Below, piece after piece: positions 1 to 9,641 of a stretch of 64,000 nt of DNA. Positions within the stretch are counted from its first letter, which is position 1; the number at the start of each line of letters is the position of its first letter. The stretch is from a virus. Its lineage: Duplodnaviria > Heunggongvirae > Uroviricota > Caudoviricetes. Made by a program: the position numbers and the translations under genes. The DNA is taken from IMG/VR virus record IMGVR_UViG_3300031772_000004, positions 42,710-106,709 of that record, one strand, 5' to 3'. Under the pieces are notes generated by a model. That model made no database searches. It saw nothing but the letters and a program-made list of their open reading frames with translations, and was not told where the DNA came from.

Positions 1-600
1 TGATTTCATAATTGGATCATGCATTCCGATAATTTCAAAATCTTCTTTATACATCATCCACGGAGCAAAACATCCATTAGTAGTCTTACCTTTAAAATCT
101 AATTTACATTGTTCAACAAATGCGTTGAATTCATTTTCTTTAAAGCCATCTTTTACATCAAGTTCCGGCCACATACCGAAATCTTTTACTATTTTCTCTA
201 ATCCCTCAGGGTGTAAAGGCGGCTCAATTCTCGTGGAGCAAACAACTTTTCTTCTTTCAAGATATTTGTAGGCCTCTAAGTCGGCACCTTTCGCTAGCAT
301 CATATCTGCGTGAAAAATCATAAAAATATCTGTGGCAGAATTTCTAATACAATAATCATAAGCTTTTCCAATTCCATATAAAGAATTATTTAAATCAGGA
401 TTGATATGGTAAGTTAAATTATACACATCTTTTACATTTTTTAACCAGTCAACTGTACCATCTGTATCTTTATCAACAAAAATTGAAATGTCATGGTCAT
501 TTCTGTAAGAATTTTTTCGTATGGATTTTACACACGATTCAAGATAACGCTTGTTATTTTTTGATGGTATACAAAATGTGATTTTTGGTATGTCTATCAT
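1..600 (-). CDS. glycosyltransferase family 2-like (partial; N-terminal 200 aa in window, C-terminus beyond window start)
   Basis: Minus-strand ORF starts at ATG 598-600 and overlaps the stop of the downstream gene (ATGA). N-terminus reads MIDIPKITFCIPSKNNKRYLESCVKSIRKNS...FVDKDTDGT, the GT2-like pattern (IPxxN...DxD). The ORF runs off the window edge. Confidence 0.45.
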   Translation of the reverse strand, partial: MIDIPKITFCIPSKNNKRYLESCVKSIRKNSYRNDHDISIFVDKDTDGTVDWLKNVKDVYNLTYHINPDLNNSLYGIGKAYDYCIRNSATDIFMIFHADMMLAKGADLEAYKYLERRKVVCSTRIEPPLHPEGLEKIVKDFGMWPELDVKDGFKENEFNAFVEQCKLDFKGKTTNGCFAPWMMYKEDFEIIGMHDPIMKS

Positions 601-1217
601 ATATACGCCTTTAATGTTTTAGGTCTATCTGCTAAGTATTGATTGGCTTTTCCAATTGTAGGAATGTGTATTTCCCAAACATTTAATTTTATATTATTAT
701 CATCTAAATACTTATAAATTTTTTTAGAAAGCTCTAGCGTGTGCGCATCAGATATTTTGTTGTCATGCCATTCACCATGTAATTCTTTGATTAATTTTAT
801 AGAGCCGTCATTTATCATTTTATTTAATACTTCATATTCTGCGCCTTCAATGTCTAATTTTAGAATAACATAATCTTGTTCAGTGAAAGTTTCTAATAAC
901 CATTTTGATAAATCTACACAAGGCACATTAATATATACAGATTCATCCAAGTTATTAATGGATTTTCCTAACAAAGAAGAGCCATCGGTTATATCGGTTG
1001 ATACATAAATTTTTTTGATATCATCGTTAATCCACACCGCGGCGTTTAGGATTTGTACAGTGTTATTGTTTTCATGAATTTCTTTTAATTGATTTGCTAA
1101 ATAAGGAATTGGTTCAAAAGAAATTACATGTGTATTAACACCAAACCTTTGTTTTGCGGTAAGAATTGATTCTCCACAATGCGCACCACAATCTATAAAA
1201 TATTTTTCATCGCTCAT
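597..1217 (-). CDS. FkbM-family SAM-dependent methyltransferase
   Basis: FIDCGAHCGES near the N-terminus (FkbM motif). 206 aa. Translationally coupled to neighbours. Confidence 0.55.
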   Translation of the reverse strand: MSDEKYFIDCGAHCGESILTAKQRFGVNTHVISFEPIPYLANQLKEIHENNNTVQILNAAVWINDDIKKIYVSTDITDGSSLLGKSINNLDESVYINVPCVDLSKWLLETFTEQDYVILKLDIEGAEYEVLNKMINDGSIKLIKELHGEWHDNKISDAHTLELSKKIYKYLDDNNIKLNVWEIHIPTIGKANQYLADRPKTLKAYI

Positions 1218-2043
1218 AATTATTTATTTCATTTTTTATCCAATTTTCTATAGAATAATTAGGATTCCAATTAAAATTTTGAATGCTATCGGTTATATAA
1301 AAATTAAATGATGGAGAATACATACCATCTTCGAAACAAAGTGTTGTGTCAGGCAAATACTTACAAATCATATTTGCCAATTCAATATTTGTAATTGATT
1401 TTCCTGATGCAGCTAAAACCATTGAATGATTATTGTTTTTAATAGAAATTTTATAACAAAGTTCGGTTAAATCATCAATATGAAGATAATCTTGGCATCT
1501 ATCTTTGTTTCCTATAATAGTAATTTTTTTATCAGTGATAGCAGCCTTTAATAAAATAGGCAGCAATGATTTTTTATCCATTCCTGTTCCGTAGATGTAT
1601 GTTGGTCGAATTATTGTGTAATTTTCTTTTAACATTATTAAAAATTCTTGAGCCAATTTTGCCATTCCATATTCTCTTGGATTATTATATGAACTATTAA
1701 CATGTATAGTATCTTTATGCTCACCATATACCGCAGTGCTAGATATGAAAATAAGTTTTTTGTATCTTAGTTTAATACCAAAGGTTTGTAATAACGAAAG
1801 TTGATTAAGAAAATCTCTGTGGGAAGAATAATAATTTCCCATTGAAACAAACAAACAATCTAAATCAGACATATGTGACCATTCCATAGAAGGAAATTTT
1901 TGTGTCGGACATAAAACACACTCTTTCGGTATGCTTTCATAATTAGTTTTATAAAATGCATATACTTTATGTCCTAATTGGATATATTTAAGGCATAGGT
2001 TTCTTCCTATGAAACCATTTGCGCCAATAACACCTATATTCAT
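1207..2043 (-). CDS. NAD-dependent epimerase/dehydratase (SDR family)
   Basis: N-terminal Rossmann GxxGxxG: MNIGVIGANGFIGRNL. 278 aa. Sugar-nucleotide context. Confidence 0.55.
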   Translation of the reverse strand: MNIGVIGANGFIGRNLCLKYIQLGHKVYAFYKTNYESIPKECVLCPTQKFPSMEWSHMSDLDCLFVSMGNYYSSHRDFLNQLSLLQTFGIKLRYKKLIFISSTAVYGEHKDTIHVNSSYNNPREYGMAKLAQEFLIMLKENYTIIRPTYIYGTGMDKKSLLPILLKAAITDKKITIIGNKDRCQDYLHIDDLTELCYKISIKNNNHSMVLAASGKSITNIELANMICKYLPDTTLCFEDGMYSPSFNFYITDSIQNFNWNPNYSIENWIKNEINNYER

Positions 2044-3041
2044 AATTGTATTGTGCTTCCTTTTAATTCTCCCTGCCGTTGTAGAGAACTAATAGCAGTA
2101 TTACTTACGACAAGCTCATTCCAATATCTTAAAATCGTGAGCGGTTTAATATCAAATTCTGGTTCTTTTCCTTTTAATATAAAATCCGCTATCATCTTTG
2201 GTTCATTAAATCCGCAAAGTGTTCGTGCCGCAGTTGTTCCGGAGCACCTTGCATTTATTTCTATGATGAATGGAACACCATTTCTTACTCTTAATTGTAT
2301 GTTACACGCACCAAATGGCTTAATTGTATCAGCTATATTTTTTACGCACTTTTCTATAACAATATTGTGTTCCGAAAAGCACTTGTATGTGTCGCCATCT
2401 CGAAGAATCCTACGCATAACAATAACACCTTTACATTCATTGTTTAAGTTTATTGTTCCACAAGTATATTCATCACCCTCAATGTATTCTTGAAGAATGA
2501 AATTGTCGATATTATCACCTATTTTAGCTAATATCAGTTTTAATTCGGTTTTATCCTTTACCAAAAATACATTTTGTGATCTAGCTCCACCAACCATTTG
2601 TTTAATGATAACAGGAAATTCTACATTTTTTGCCTGACTAAGAGGAAAGGTAAATGGAAATTTTCCCGCAACATTTCTATCTAAAGAATCATACATATAT
2701 TGTTTATCATTAGATAATTTAATTACATTTGGATTACTAACTATTACCGTTGTTCCTATTGCTTTAAATGCATCTACATTTAGGGATAATGTTTCTAATT
2801 CGGCGTCAAGACCAGGAAATAGTAAAGAAATACCTTCTTTCTTACAAATGCCTAATAAAACTGATATGTAATCAGGCTTATTAACAAATGGTATTAAATA
2901 AGAATTTGGTACTGCATATAATCCTGTTGCAAGAGTTTCACCATCTAATGCAATAATGTCATAGTCGGTATTATACAAAGACTTTATGATGCTTTGACCA
3001 ACACCGCCACCGGCACCAGTAATCGCAATTTTATGTGCCAT
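2040..3041 (-). CDS. ATP-grasp domain protein (carboxylate-amine ligase)
   Basis: IAITGAGGGVGQS pre-ATP-grasp N-terminus, EYIEGDEYTCG and IIEINARCSGTT (ATP-grasp 'EINAR' Mg/ATP motif). Confidence 0.6.
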   Translation of the reverse strand: MAHKIAITGAGGGVGQSIIKSLYNTDYDIIALDGETLATGLYAVPNSYLIPFVNKPDYISVLLGICKKEGISLLFPGLDAELETLSLNVDAFKAIGTTVIVSNPNVIKLSNDKQYMYDSLDRNVAGKFPFTFPLSQAKNVEFPVIIKQMVGGARSQNVFLVKDKTELKLILAKIGDNIDNFILQEYIEGDEYTCGTINLNNECKGVIVMRRILRDGDTYKCFSEHNIVIEKCVKNIADTIKPFGACNIQLRVRNGVPFIIEINARCSGTTAARTLCGFNEPKMIADFILKGKEPEFDIKPLTILRYWNELVVSNTAISSLQRQGELKGSTIQL

Positions 3042-3043
3042 AA

Positions 3044-3670
3044 TTATTTATAAACCTCAAATTTGCTTAAATCGGGGTATGGCAATTCTAAGTCATCATT
3101 ACATTTTTTACTTCCGTCAATATTGTAAAATTGCTTTATAAGAAGAAGGCCGCGCGCCGATAACTCAGGCATCATATAAAAATTCCAACCTAACATATCA
3201 AAATAATCTTCGTGGTAAGAACATTCTCTTCTTCCTGAAAATCTTGCTCGTTTAAACCAAAAGTATGCGGTTTGACTATCTGTTAAAATAGCACCACCTT
3301 TTGATAGTTTAAAATGTTTGTAGGGACCAGTAAAAGACAGGCACATGTAACTTTTTGGTATATACATATCTGCTGTAAATCTAAGTGCGGAATCCCATAC
3401 ATTTGTCGGCTCTAATTGATATGCTCCTTTTAATGTAGTTCCCACGACAGGTTTAAATTTGACCTTGGCACCAGCATGAATAATTTCACAGGGAACAGAA
3501 GGATAAGTTCGAGAGGGAATTGTAATTTCTTTACCTTTAACATTTTCATATGTTAGTGCTAAAAATAAAGCGTTGCTAGCATTATCTATAGTTATAACAT
3601 AAGGCGCGCCGGTATAATCTGCTAGTTCTTTCTCGAATTCTTCGGTTATTTTATGTACATTATTGGCCAT
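3044..3670 (-). CDS. DegT/DnrJ/EryC1-like PLP aminotransferase-related protein, unusually short
   Basis: EFEKELADYTGAPYVITIDNASNALFLAL...ITIPSRTYPSVPCEIIHAGAKVKF matches the DegT N-terminus. SFTGPYKHFKLSKGGAILTD resembles the PLP-lysine region. Only 208 aa against about 370 for the family. Confidence 0.4.
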   Translation of the reverse strand: MANNVHKITEEFEKELADYTGAPYVITIDNASNALFLALTYENVKGKEITIPSRTYPSVPCEIIHAGAKVKFKPVVGTTLKGAYQLEPTNVWDSALRFTADMYIPKSYMCLSFTGPYKHFKLSKGGAILTDSQTAYFWFKRARFSGRRECSYHEDYFDMLGWNFYMMPELSARGLLLIKQFYNIDGSKKCNDDLELPYPDLSKFEVYK

Positions 3671-3673
3671 AGT

Positions 3674-3895
3674 TTATTCTTCATTAAAAACTTCTATGCA
3701 TAAAACTTTATTGTCGTTTATCATAAGCATAGAGCCATCTTTTCGTTTCATTTTTGTAAATTGACCCTGTTTAATTCCTTCTGTACAGATTCCTGTATAT
3801 GTTCTTTTAATACCACCATCAAAATGTATTATTTGCGTAACATATTTTCCCTGTTCATAGACCGACGAATTTAAATTGACAATTTTTTTAAGCAT
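3674..3895 (-). CDS. hypothetical protein
   Basis: 73-aa ORF packed between neighbours on the same strand. Confidence 0.3.
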   Translation of the reverse strand: MLKKIVNLNSSVYEQGKYVTQIIHFDGGIKRTYTGICTEGIKQGQFTKMKRKDGSMLMINDNKVLCIEVFNEE

Positions 3896-3929
3896 ATATT
3901 TAATAATATAACATTTATTTGGTTGTTGG

Positions 3930-4823
3930 TCAAGACATTAAACTATTTTTAATATTATGTAATTCTTCGGAAACCTTTGCAAAAACATCATTTGTTTTTG
4001 ATTGTGCTTTGAATGTAATATATTTAGTCCAAAATTGATGTGCATGCCAATACTTTCTATCTTCTTGTATAATGCAGTTTTTAATTATATATTGTGGTAT
4101 ATTATACTTTCCAGAAGCATTCATCATTTTAAATTTTTCTTGTTGAAATAGGTCTATATGGCGAAAGTCTCCTATGCTTTCTGGCAATTTCATAAGTTTT
4201 GTTAGCTCCTTTGAATGAAAATTAAACCAACCTCCAGCGAATTTGGTGTCATAGTTTTTTAATAAAGAAATTTCCTGTAAATTTATTTTTGTTTCTAATT
4301 CAAATACATTAATATCATCGAAGCTAACTGGAGAATTTACATATTCTTCTGAACTTATGACATTCCAAGATGCGTCCCAAAATTTGGCGATTTGTGGGGT
4401 GATCATATATGTCAATGTTTCTTTTTCTATTGTTGGAATAATGTTTTCTAAAACATGCAAAATTTCTACAGGAAAATATATGTCTGGGTCTAACCAAATT
4501 AAATTATATTCTCCGTTGTTATTGTTTAAAATTCTTCGTTGATGTTCTCCAGAACCTTTTATATCATCATTGATTTCAAAATTTACTTCTTTACAAAAAT
4601 CACAATGTTTTTCAATGTATCTAAATTTATCAACAAAAAACTCCTTTGGTAATTTACAATTATCCCAATCAAGTTTATCATCGGCCATATTAAAAACTAT
4701 GTCCAGACTCAAATACTTTTTGGTGTCGGAATAATTAGCCGCTCTTTTTAATTGATAAATTGTTCTTTCCAATAAATCAATGTGAAATGGGAATATAAAA
4801 TATACTATTTTTGTTTTATCCAT
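3930..4823 (-). CDS. hypothetical protein (glycan island)
   Basis: 297-aa ORF. Compact same-strand arrangement. No motif recognised. Confidence 0.35.
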   Translation of the reverse strand: MDKTKIVYFIFPFHIDLLERTIYQLKRAANYSDTKKYLSLDIVFNMADDKLDWDNCKLPKEFFVDKFRYIEKHCDFCKEVNFEINDDIKGSGEHQRRILNNNNGEYNLIWLDPDIYFPVEILHVLENIIPTIEKETLTYMITPQIAKFWDASWNVISSEEYVNSPVSFDDINVFELETKINLQEISLLKNYDTKFAGGWFNFHSKELTKLMKLPESIGDFRHIDLFQQEKFKMMNASGKYNIPQYIIKNCIIQEDRKYWHAHQFWTKYITFKAQSKTNDVFAKVSEELHNIKNSLMS

Positions 4824-4824
4824 G

Positions 4825-5703
4825 TTAAACCTTTCCTATTTGTAACAATTTATTAATCAAGATGTTTTTCTTTTCTGGAGTACTTTCCAATTCAGTATAG
4901 GAAGCGTCTAAAAACGGAGCATAACTTTTACAAATTTCTCCACCATGCAACAATTTTAATTTGTCTTTCCACTTTAAATTATGTACAACGATTGCATGTA
5001 TTTCTTCATCACTCCATGTAAATGGGATGTCCAACCCGAAAGAGCCACCATCGTCGCCATAACCTACAACAATGACTTTTTCAAATCCCATATACCACAA
5101 TAATTGAAATATAATTCCTGATACGTTTCCTCCAGGATGAAATTTTAGTGGATTTGTTCCATATTCATCCACAGAGGATTGAATGTAAGTACTTAAAACA
5201 GGATAAGATTGCCCACTGTTTATATCTCTGTGCTCTATACAAAGATAAGTATTTGGAACTTGCCTGCAATATTCTTCACCGTGAAATTTATATAACTGTC
5301 CCGTTGTGAATATCCAATTATAGCAAGGAAGCTCATTGCATGCTATTATTTTTATTAGATTTGGATTTTGTAATATTATCTCCCGCTTTCCCTCTATCCA
5401 AATAGGAGCATCGTCAAATCTAAAACTAGCTTTGTCTCTTAACATAAAATCTCCACCAATGTATTTATGTAAAAAAAACGATTTATCTTCAAAATATTCC
5501 CGAGCAATACTATTATCAGCGGTAAGATATAAATCACAATTTGGATAGATTTTTATGTTACGATTTACGGTAACAGTAAAATTATTTTTGATAATTTCTT
5601 GAAGATTGTTTACATTTTTTGTGGATGGTCCACCTAAAATACAAAACGCAGTATTACTATTGGCAATATCTTTCCATTGTGAATTTATATAATAATTTTT
5701 CAT
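4825..5703 (-). CDS. hypothetical protein (glycan island)
   Basis: 292-aa ORF. Abuts neighbours. No motif recognised. Confidence 0.35.
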   Translation of the reverse strand: MKNYYINSQWKDIANSNTAFCILGGPSTKNVNNLQEIIKNNFTVTVNRNIKIYPNCDLYLTADNSIAREYFEDKSFFLHKYIGGDFMLRDKASFRFDDAPIWIEGKREIILQNPNLIKIIACNELPCYNWIFTTGQLYKFHGEEYCRQVPNTYLCIEHRDINSGQSYPVLSTYIQSSVDEYGTNPLKFHPGGNVSGIIFQLLWYMGFEKVIVVGYGDDGGSFGLDIPFTWSDEEIHAIVVHNLKWKDKLKLLHGGEICKSYAPFLDASYTELESTPEKKNILINKLLQIGKV

Positions 5704-6450
5704 TTAGTTTTTTGAAAGTTTGTCGAGCAAAGCAGATATGTTATTGTCTTGTTCGTTTATTTTGGTTATCAATTTTTTTGTTTCTGTTGGTGCGTGGGTG
5801 ACAGCTATGCGCAGAATATCCATCCAATTAACATTATTTTTCGTTCGAGCGGCTTCAATGTCATTTATAATTTCTAAATCTGTTTCATTATTTTTCATAT
5901 TATTTAAGTATTCTTTTATGTTTATATCCCAATTTTTTATGTTGGATGGTAAATCTACCAATTTGTGATATGTCCCAATACCCTCTTGTTTTTTTGGGAT
6001 GATATTACAATGTAATAACGCCTGATAATTTTCTTTGAATAAATTTTCAATTTCATTTCTTAATCTATTATATGTTTTACGGAAAGTGTTTTCGCTTTCT
6101 TCGAATATTATTTTCTTTTGAACTAATATGTCTCCTGTATCTATACCCCTGTCTAAAATATGTATAGTAACTCCCGCCGGAGTAGATTCGTAAAATGACC
6201 AAAAATTAGGATTCGTGCCTCTATTATATGGTAAATAACTTATATGTAAATTAATTATTTTATTTTTAAATTGTGAAATTACATCTTCTTTTATAATATG
6301 TTTATATCCATAACTTATAATAAAATCAAAGTTTTTAGATTCTTCTGGGGTTATTTTATCTTTTCGCTGAACTATATTGTAATCATGGTCTCGCAAAAAC
6401 TTTATAAGGCAAGTTTCGGATTCATTGTAACCTAAAAATAATATTTTCAC
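5704..6450 (-). CDS. formyltransferase (sugar N-formyltransferase / Fmt-PurN family)
   Basis: MKILFLGYNE... then IINLHISYLPYNRGTNPNFWS, the formyl_trans_N catalytic motif (N-H...SLLP-RG). Confidence 0.6.
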   Translation of the reverse strand: MKILFLGYNESETCLIKFLRDHDYNIVQRKDKITPEESKNFDFIISYGYKHIIKEDVISQFKNKIINLHISYLPYNRGTNPNFWSFYESTPAGVTIHILDRGIDTGDILVQKKIIFEESENTFRKTYNRLRNEIENLFKENYQALLHCNIIPKKQEGIGTYHKLVDLPSNIKNWDINIKEYLNNMKNNETDLEIINDIEAARTKNNVNWMDILRIAVTHAPTETKKLITKINEQDNNISALLDKLSKN

Positions 6451-7100
6451 AATATTTCTCTTAACAATTTAAATTTTTCACAATATTTAGCGCCGACCTC
6501 AGACCCCCACACTTTCATTAAATTTTTTACATTCGTATAACTTCTAGAATGGGGATATTTTCTCATTTCATCATCATATACTTTTAAAGCCTTCATTTTA
6601 ACCTTTACTTCATTTTCTGTAAGTTTAAAATATACTCCGCCATCAAATGTCATCGTTGGATTATAGTCTGTTGATGATGGAATAAAATATGAATAAATTT
6701 TGATATTATTTCCTGTTTGTGGTCTAAATGCTATTAATCCTGCTTTAGTCACAATTTGATGATCAACGTTTAAATCCGTCATAGAATGGGTAAAAATAAT
6801 ATCAGGAGAATAATCAACATTAGATTCTATAAATTTACAAACATCTAATAATGAAATTCTGTCCATAGCATTATCTGGAAAATTTCCAGAATTGACACTG
6901 TGAATCTTTAATATACTTGATATTTTTTCAAGTTTATAATTTCTATTTTTTTTGTTATCATTTCTACTTCCTACTCCATCTGTAAATGTTATAAGTTGTG
7001 TTTTATATCCAAGATTAGATAATTTATAAGCAGTCGCTCCACATCCAAGCGTTTCGTCGTCTGGATGGGCAGCTAATATAAGTAGTCTTTTGTCTTTCAA
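6447..7100 (-). CDS. LmbE/PIG-L family N-acetyl-sugar deacetylase
   Basis: LILAAHPDDETLGCGAT, the Zn-binding signature AHPDDE of the LmbE/PIG-L family. Confidence 0.65.
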   Translation of the reverse strand: MKDKRLLILAAHPDDETLGCGATAYKLSNLGYKTQLITFTDGVGSRNDNKKNRNYKLEKISSILKIHSVNSGNFPDNAMDRISLLDVCKFIESNVDYSPDIIFTHSMTDLNVDHQIVTKAGLIAFRPQTGNNIKIYSYFIPSSTDYNPTMTFDGGVYFKLTENEVKVKMKALKVYDDEMRKYPHSRSYTNVKNLMKVWGSEVGAKYCEKFKLLREIL

Positions 7101-7861
7101 CTTTTTATTCCTTGAAATAACATGATATTTTTATCTACATTAAAAGTATTATTGATTTCAAAATGCTTCTGTAAATTATATTCAACAATTATTTTTTTAG
7201 TTTCGTCAAAAAATGTAGAATTTTTCCAGTAAGAAATAACATCTTCTACAGAATTCCATCGTATTGTATTTATAATAGTATTAATTTGTATATCCTTAAA
7301 ATGTGTTATTCCCGGATAAACAACTTTATCATACATAAAATTTGTACATGAATATAAAACAAATTCGTTTATTTTTACACCTGACTCCTCAATTAAATTA
7401 AATAAAGTTTTGTTACTGTTTCCGTATGAACCCAAAACTATAAATTTTCCATTTGGATTTAAAGATTCTACAATCATAGTTATTAATTTGTCTATATTTG
7501 TCGAATAATATAAGCCATAAGAAATAAAAACCACATCATATTTTTTTAAATTTGTATCAAAAAATTCATCCATACTTATAACTTTTGTTGATATTTTAGA
7601 ACTGTCAAAAAATGAAGCCGCTTCTATAGAACAAATAGAATCAGATGATATATCAATTGCTGTTATATGTGAATTAGAAAAGTGCTTACACAAATATTCT
7701 GTTTGTTTTCCTGTTCCACAACACATTTCTAATATATTTATAGGTTCTATTGTAGTGAAAATTTTAGAAAATGCCCACGTATTCAAATTGAATGTTTGAT
7801 TATTTTCATTTTGCTTTATTCTTTCTTTTAAAGATGTTGTGTTTTTAGAGGCAGTATTCAT
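7097..7861 (-). CDS. class I SAM-dependent methyltransferase
   Basis: ILEMCCGTGKQTEYL (motif I) ... KYDVVFISYGLYY. Confidence 0.5.
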   Translation of the reverse strand: MNTASKNTTSLKERIKQNENNQTFNLNTWAFSKIFTTIEPINILEMCCGTGKQTEYLCKHFSNSHITAIDISSDSICSIEAASFFDSSKISTKVISMDEFFDTNLKKYDVVFISYGLYYSTNIDKLITMIVESLNPNGKFIVLGSYGNSNKTLFNLIEESGVKINEFVLYSCTNFMYDKVVYPGITHFKDIQINTIINTIRWNSVEDVISYWKNSTFFDETKKIIVEYNLQKHFEINNTFNVDKNIMLFQGIKS

Positions 7862-8829
7862 ATAAAAGAATCTTCATCGTAATCTTTTTCTGCTATTTCT
7901 CCTAAAATATTTTCAAATTTATAAGCAGGTATAGAATTTTCTAAAAATGGTCTTTTTGTGGTTATATTATTTACGGTGAATATTTCTCCTTTTTTAATAA
8001 TACACTTTGACACCACCGACCTCATAGCATTAGAAAAGGGCTTTTCTGATTCAGATAAATCGTTAGATTGGGGAATCATTGATAATTCAGTCTGCACAAT
8101 CAAATCCACCATCTCTTTTAATTCAGATGGTTCTAAAGCAAATGGGTGGTCGGGACCTGGCAAATGTTTGCTTAATGTAAAATGTTTCTCTATTGTTGTT
8201 GCTCCTAATGCAACAGCAAGAGATGGCGTCAATGTTGATGTTGTATGGTCAGAAAATCCTGTCTTATATCGAATATCCGCCGCTAAAGTTTTTATTGTAG
8301 TCAATCCAATATCTTTCATTGGTGTAGGATAAGCATTATTACAATGTAATAATGTTACATCATTCGTATATTTTGACACTAATTTTAATAATTTGTCTAA
8401 CCATTCATATTTAAATCCTATGCCAAGAGATATAATAAGAGGCAATTTTGCTGAAGCCACCATTTCTACAAATCTAAAGTCTGTGGATTCAAATCCTGCT
8501 ATTTTAAGTTTTTTAACACCCAAATTAACTAATTCTTCTACCGCTTTTTCATCAAACGGAGTGGACATAAATTCTATATCAAGAGAATCACAATAATTTT
8601 TTAAATCTTTTTGCCATTCTCTTGGCAATTCTATGTTTTTTATTAATTCATTGATGTTTATATATCCAGCAAAATTTGGTGTATTTTTAACATATAAAGT
8701 TTCTGATGAATATGTTTGAAATTTAACAGCAGTAGCACCAGAATTTTTAGCTACATTTATTAATTGTAATGCTTGATTATAATTTTTATTGTGATTAGCA
8801 CCCACTTCAGCTATGATAAATGTTTTCAT
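7858..8829 (-). CDS. NeuB-family nonulosonic acid synthase (N-acetylneuraminate/pseudaminate/legionaminate synthase-like)
   Basis: MKTFIIAEVGANHNKNYNQALQLINVAKNSGATAVKFQTY, the NeuB TIM-barrel N-terminus. Size 323 aa. Confidence 0.75.
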   Translation of the reverse strand: MKTFIIAEVGANHNKNYNQALQLINVAKNSGATAVKFQTYSSETLYVKNTPNFAGYININELIKNIELPREWQKDLKNYCDSLDIEFMSTPFDEKAVEELVNLGVKKLKIAGFESTDFRFVEMVASAKLPLIISLGIGFKYEWLDKLLKLVSKYTNDVTLLHCNNAYPTPMKDIGLTTIKTLAADIRYKTGFSDHTTSTLTPSLAVALGATTIEKHFTLSKHLPGPDHPFALEPSELKEMVDLIVQTELSMIPQSNDLSESEKPFSNAMRSVVSKCIIKKGEIFTVNNITTKRPFLENSIPAYKFENILGEIAEKDYDEDSFI

Positions 8830-9641
8830 AATATTTTTTCTAACAAGTAATATGCTTCACTAAAGCTATTCATACATTGTTTGTTAATTTTAATACAATT
8901 TACAAAATACTCAACTTCTTTTATATACATGTCATTGGTTATTATAAAGTCGGTTTTTATGAGTTTATCATCAATCAATTGTTCGTAATACCGCGTGTAT
9001 TTTTCACTTAAATAATTTAAATGTACATGGGCAAGTGTTCCGTTTTCAAATAATATTTCTGAGAGAGACACATCTTCTGTATCAACGGTTTTATCGGATA
9101 TTTTATAATTTCTAACGGATATGTCTTTGATTTTTCCAAATTTATAATAAAGATAATCAAGTTCATGTATGGCATCGAGTAATATTCCTCCACCAAGACT
9201 TTTATTTGCGCTATATGATGTCAAATAATTAGTATTAGGATGCCATTGGGCCAAGTCATAACCAAAATATACATTGATATATTTTGTAGATGGGTTTATG
9301 TTTTCTACTTCTGTTGTAAATCTCATATTACAACCAACCATATTGATTATAGAGTTTCGTTCCGCTGACCATATTAAGTGGTCTATATTAACTGATTTTT
9401 TATTGCAAAATGGTTTTTCACAAAATGTATGTAGACCATTAGAAATGGATAGTATTGTGTGTTCATAATGAAGACTCGTCGGACTACACACAAAGCAACC
9501 ATCAAATTTATTACTATCAATAATTGTTTGTATGTTATCAATTTGATCAATATCAACATTTATTGTTGCATGCCCAAGAGATAGCAGATTTTTTTCATGC
9601 CTTTTGCCTATTGAACCATAACCTATTATTAGAAACTTCAT
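8826..9641 (-). CDS. Gfo/Idh/MocA-family NAD(P) oxidoreductase
   Basis: MKFLIIGYGSIGKRH N-terminal Rossmann fold. 271 aa. Confidence 0.5.
   Translation of the reverse strand: MKFLIIGYGSIGKRHEKNLLSLGHATINVDIDQIDNIQTIIDSNKFDGCFVCSPTSLHYEHTILSISNGLHTFCEKPFCNKKSVNIDHLIWSAERNSIINMVGCNMRFTTEVENINPSTKYINVYFGYDLAQWHPNTNYLTSYSANKSLGGGILLDAIHELDYLYYKFGKIKDISVRNYKISDKTVDTEDVSLSEILFENGTLAHVHLNYLSEKYTRYYEQLIDDKLIKTDFIITNDMYIKEVEYFVNCIKINKQCMNSFSEAYYLLEKIL

Noticed and set aside
2053-2493. 146-aa plus-strand ORF (and many similar 60-125 aa ORFs on the opposite strand of long genes, for example 4357-4542, 5336-5548, 7958-8332, 12386-12769, 26612-26812, 27716-28078, 42097-42363, 53460-54399)
   Set aside because: They lie entirely inside well-supported longer genes on the other strand. 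They have low-complexity or odd composition. No RBS context was seen. They are treated as antisense artefacts of an AT-rich genome.
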